DNA of 64,000 nucleotides, taken from the NCBI GenBank assembly GCA_030390025.1, contig CM059432.1, positions 58,344,001 through 58,408,000 on the forward strand. The letters are read 5' to 3'. The position numbers and the translations under genes are program-made. The notes under the pieces are model-generated. The model was not told where the DNA came from. It saw only the letters and a program-made list of their open reading frames with translations, and searched no databases. Positions 62,207-64,000 of the stretch are shown here, in pieces (position 1 is the first letter of the stretch; each line of letters begins with the position of its first letter). Source of the stretch: Squalus acanthias (lineage: Eukaryota).

Positions 62207-63367
62207 GTGGGGGCTGCACTGACTGGGGGCGTCGTCCTGCGCCAACAGAATCGGAGGACACAGAGACGCAGAGAGCGAGTGGCAATCATAGCCAGACGGA
62301 GGAGGGCCAACAGGCCTCTGTACAGGAGACCTTACCCTCCCAGGGTATATCGCCAACAATTCACATATATTAATATGTCTGAGGAGCAGTGTTTGCGAAG
62401 GCTGCGCTTCAGCAAGGAGGTAGTCACTGAGCTCTGCCACCTGCTGCAGCCAGATCTGCAGCCTCAACTGAGGTCCAGGACGTCTCTGTCGGTGGCAGTG
62501 AAGATCACAGTGGCTCTGAACTTTTATGCCGCTGGCTCATTTCAATCAGCTACTGGGGACATCGCCAATATCTCCCAGTTCGTGGTGCATTGCTGCATCC
62601 GTCAGGTCACAAATGCCCTCTTTAAAAGGAGACGAGAGTACATCTCTTTCCCCATGACCCCAGACAAGCAGCAAGAATGCGCAATGGGCTTTGCTAGGAT
62701 AGCGGGCTTCCCCAAGGTGCAGGGCGCCATTGACTGCACGCATGTGGCTTTGCGTGCTCCGCATGAGAATGCCGAGGATTTCCGCAACAGAAAGGGGTTC
62801 CATTCCTTAAACGTTCAGTTGGTCTGTGACCACAGACAGCTGATACTCGCTGTCAATGCTCACTATCCTGGCAGCTGCCACGATGCATTCATCCTGCGCC
62901 AGACTACTGTGGCAGAACTTTTCCAGGCACCGCATCAGCCAGTTGGTTGGCTTCTCAGGGACAAGGGATATCCACTGAGCACCTGGCTGATGACACCGCT
63001 TCGTACGCCCAACACCCCTGCTGAGCTGCGGTACAACGAGAGCCATCAAGCTACCAGGGACATCGTTGAGCACACAATCGGCGTGCTCAAGCAACGGTTC
63101 CGCTGTCTGGACTATTCTGGAGGAGCCCTGCAGTACTCGCCTGAGCGAGTTTCCCACTTCGTAGTTGTGTGCTGCATGCTGCATAACCTGGCAATCCTCA
63201 GGACCCAGCCAATGCCACCAGGCCTTGGAGCACCACCAGAGGGGAAGGAGGAAGAGGAGGAGGAAGAGGAGGAGGATAATCATCAGCAGCACCAAGGCGG
63301 GAGGGAGGCCCACAATGTAGAAACTGGAAGGGCCGTCCGTCAACGGCTGATAGCAAGCCGCTCCTAG
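62207..63367 (+). CDS. Harbinger DDE transposase, open frame, 386 aa from GTG
   Basis: GAIDCTH, HDAFI, RDKGY (G>R), VEHTIG; GTG aligns with the ATG of element A. Confidence 0.85.
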   Translation: MGAALTGGVVLRQQNRRTQRRRERVAIIARRRRANRPLYRRPYPPRVYRQQFTYINMSEEQCLRRLRFSKEVVTELCHLLQPDLQPQLRSRTSLSVAVKITVALNFYAAGSFQSATGDIANISQFVVHCCIRQVTNALFKRRREYISFPMTPDKQQECAMGFARIAGFPKVQGAIDCTHVALRAPHENAEDFRNRKGFHSLNVQLVCDHRQLILAVNAHYPGSCHDAFILRQTTVAELFQAPHQPVGWLLRDKGYPLSTWLMTPLRTPNTPAELRYNESHQATRDIVEHTIGVLKQRFRCLDYSGGALQYSPERVSHFVVVCCMLHNLAILRTQPMPPGLGAPPEGKEEEEEEEEEDNHQQHQGGREAHNVETGRAVRQRLIASRS

Positions 63368-63667
63368 GCCCCTGCTGAGGAAATGGCTTCTGCCATTGAG
63401 AACAACATGAATGAAACCAACCCGCAACCCCTAAGCCGGCCAAGGCAGCAATGATTCCAAAGACCAAACATGTACATTTTGAATACAAAAACTTATTTAT
63501 TTCACAAACTCTGTGTGTGTCATTTCCTCATGACAAACTAATAGAAAGAAACACAAAAACACAGTCATTAACATAACTGGTTCGCATAACCTGGAGATAA
63601 TGTTCAAAAGTTTGACCACGAACCTCGGCCTTTAATAAAAAAAATGACCAATATTTTGTCACACCTC

Positions 63668-64000
63668 CTACTTTTTGCCCTTCGAGGGTGATCTCCTTCC
63701 CTTGCGCACTTCCCCCCTTCCCACCCGACTGCTCCTCCGTAATGGGACCTCAGTGGCTGCAGCAAGGCTGGCGGAAGGCTGCTGATTGTCAGAACTTGAG
63801 ACTGCAGATGCCCTTGAAGGAAGGCCTCGACCAGCTCTGGGCCTGGAGGGCCCGGCTGCAGACTGCACCAACTCTGCATGGGCGGCAGCAGTCTGTCCTA
63901 CAGGCGGTGGCAAGTGCAGTGGAGAAGTGACAGTGGTGGCAGCAGGAATGCTGTCATCTTGAGAGAGGGCAGCAACTCCCTGCTCGCCCGACACACTGGC
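63668..64000 (-). CDS. 3' end of element D Myb/SANT gene (partial)
   Basis: Nearly identical to the element A C-terminus ..EVRKGRRSPSKGKK*. Confidence 0.8.
   Translation of the reverse strand, partial: ASVSGEQGVAALSQDDSIPAATTVTSPLHLPPPVGQTAAAHAELVQSAAGPSRPRAGRGLPSRASAVSSSDNQQPSASLAAATEVPLRRSSRVGRGEVRKGRRSPSKGKK

Larger units (their letters stand above)
61691..64000. mobile_element. PIF/Harbinger transposon (element D), runs off the window
   Basis: Left TIR GGGGGAAAAATT; transposase on +, Myb 3' end on -. Confidence 0.93.

Overview
Vertebrate genomic DNA, most likely a cartilaginous fish (shark). This is inferred from the repeat repertoire: CR1 LINEs with an SGNH-esterase ORF1, Penelope elements, a Deu-domain SINE and GC-rich PIF/Harbinger transposons. 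There are no prokaryotic features, CRISPR arrays, rRNA or tRNA genes. Most of the window is transposable elements, often nested. (1) At least 12 PIF/Harbinger copies from several families: two-gene elements (Myb/SANT gene plus DDE transposase, convergent) at 13033-17177, 37409-41557 and 61691-end; decayed ones at 5418-8000, 26101-37359 and 42657-49588; and non-autonomous derivatives. (2) A young Gypsy/Ty3 LTR element (27080-31086) with identical 215-bp LTRs and a 5-bp TSD. It lacks a tRNA primer-binding site and instead has a 13-nt sequence perfectly complementary to its own LTR (candidate self-priming), plus a deletion of the RT catalytic core. (3) Many CR1, Penelope (with minimal hammerhead ribozymes), RTE and L2 remnants. 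Between the repeats, short minus-strand segments with canonical splice sites and mutually compatible phases reconstruct an unidentified, decayed multi-exon host gene spanning the whole window (57-60796). All calls are by eye; no database search was possible.
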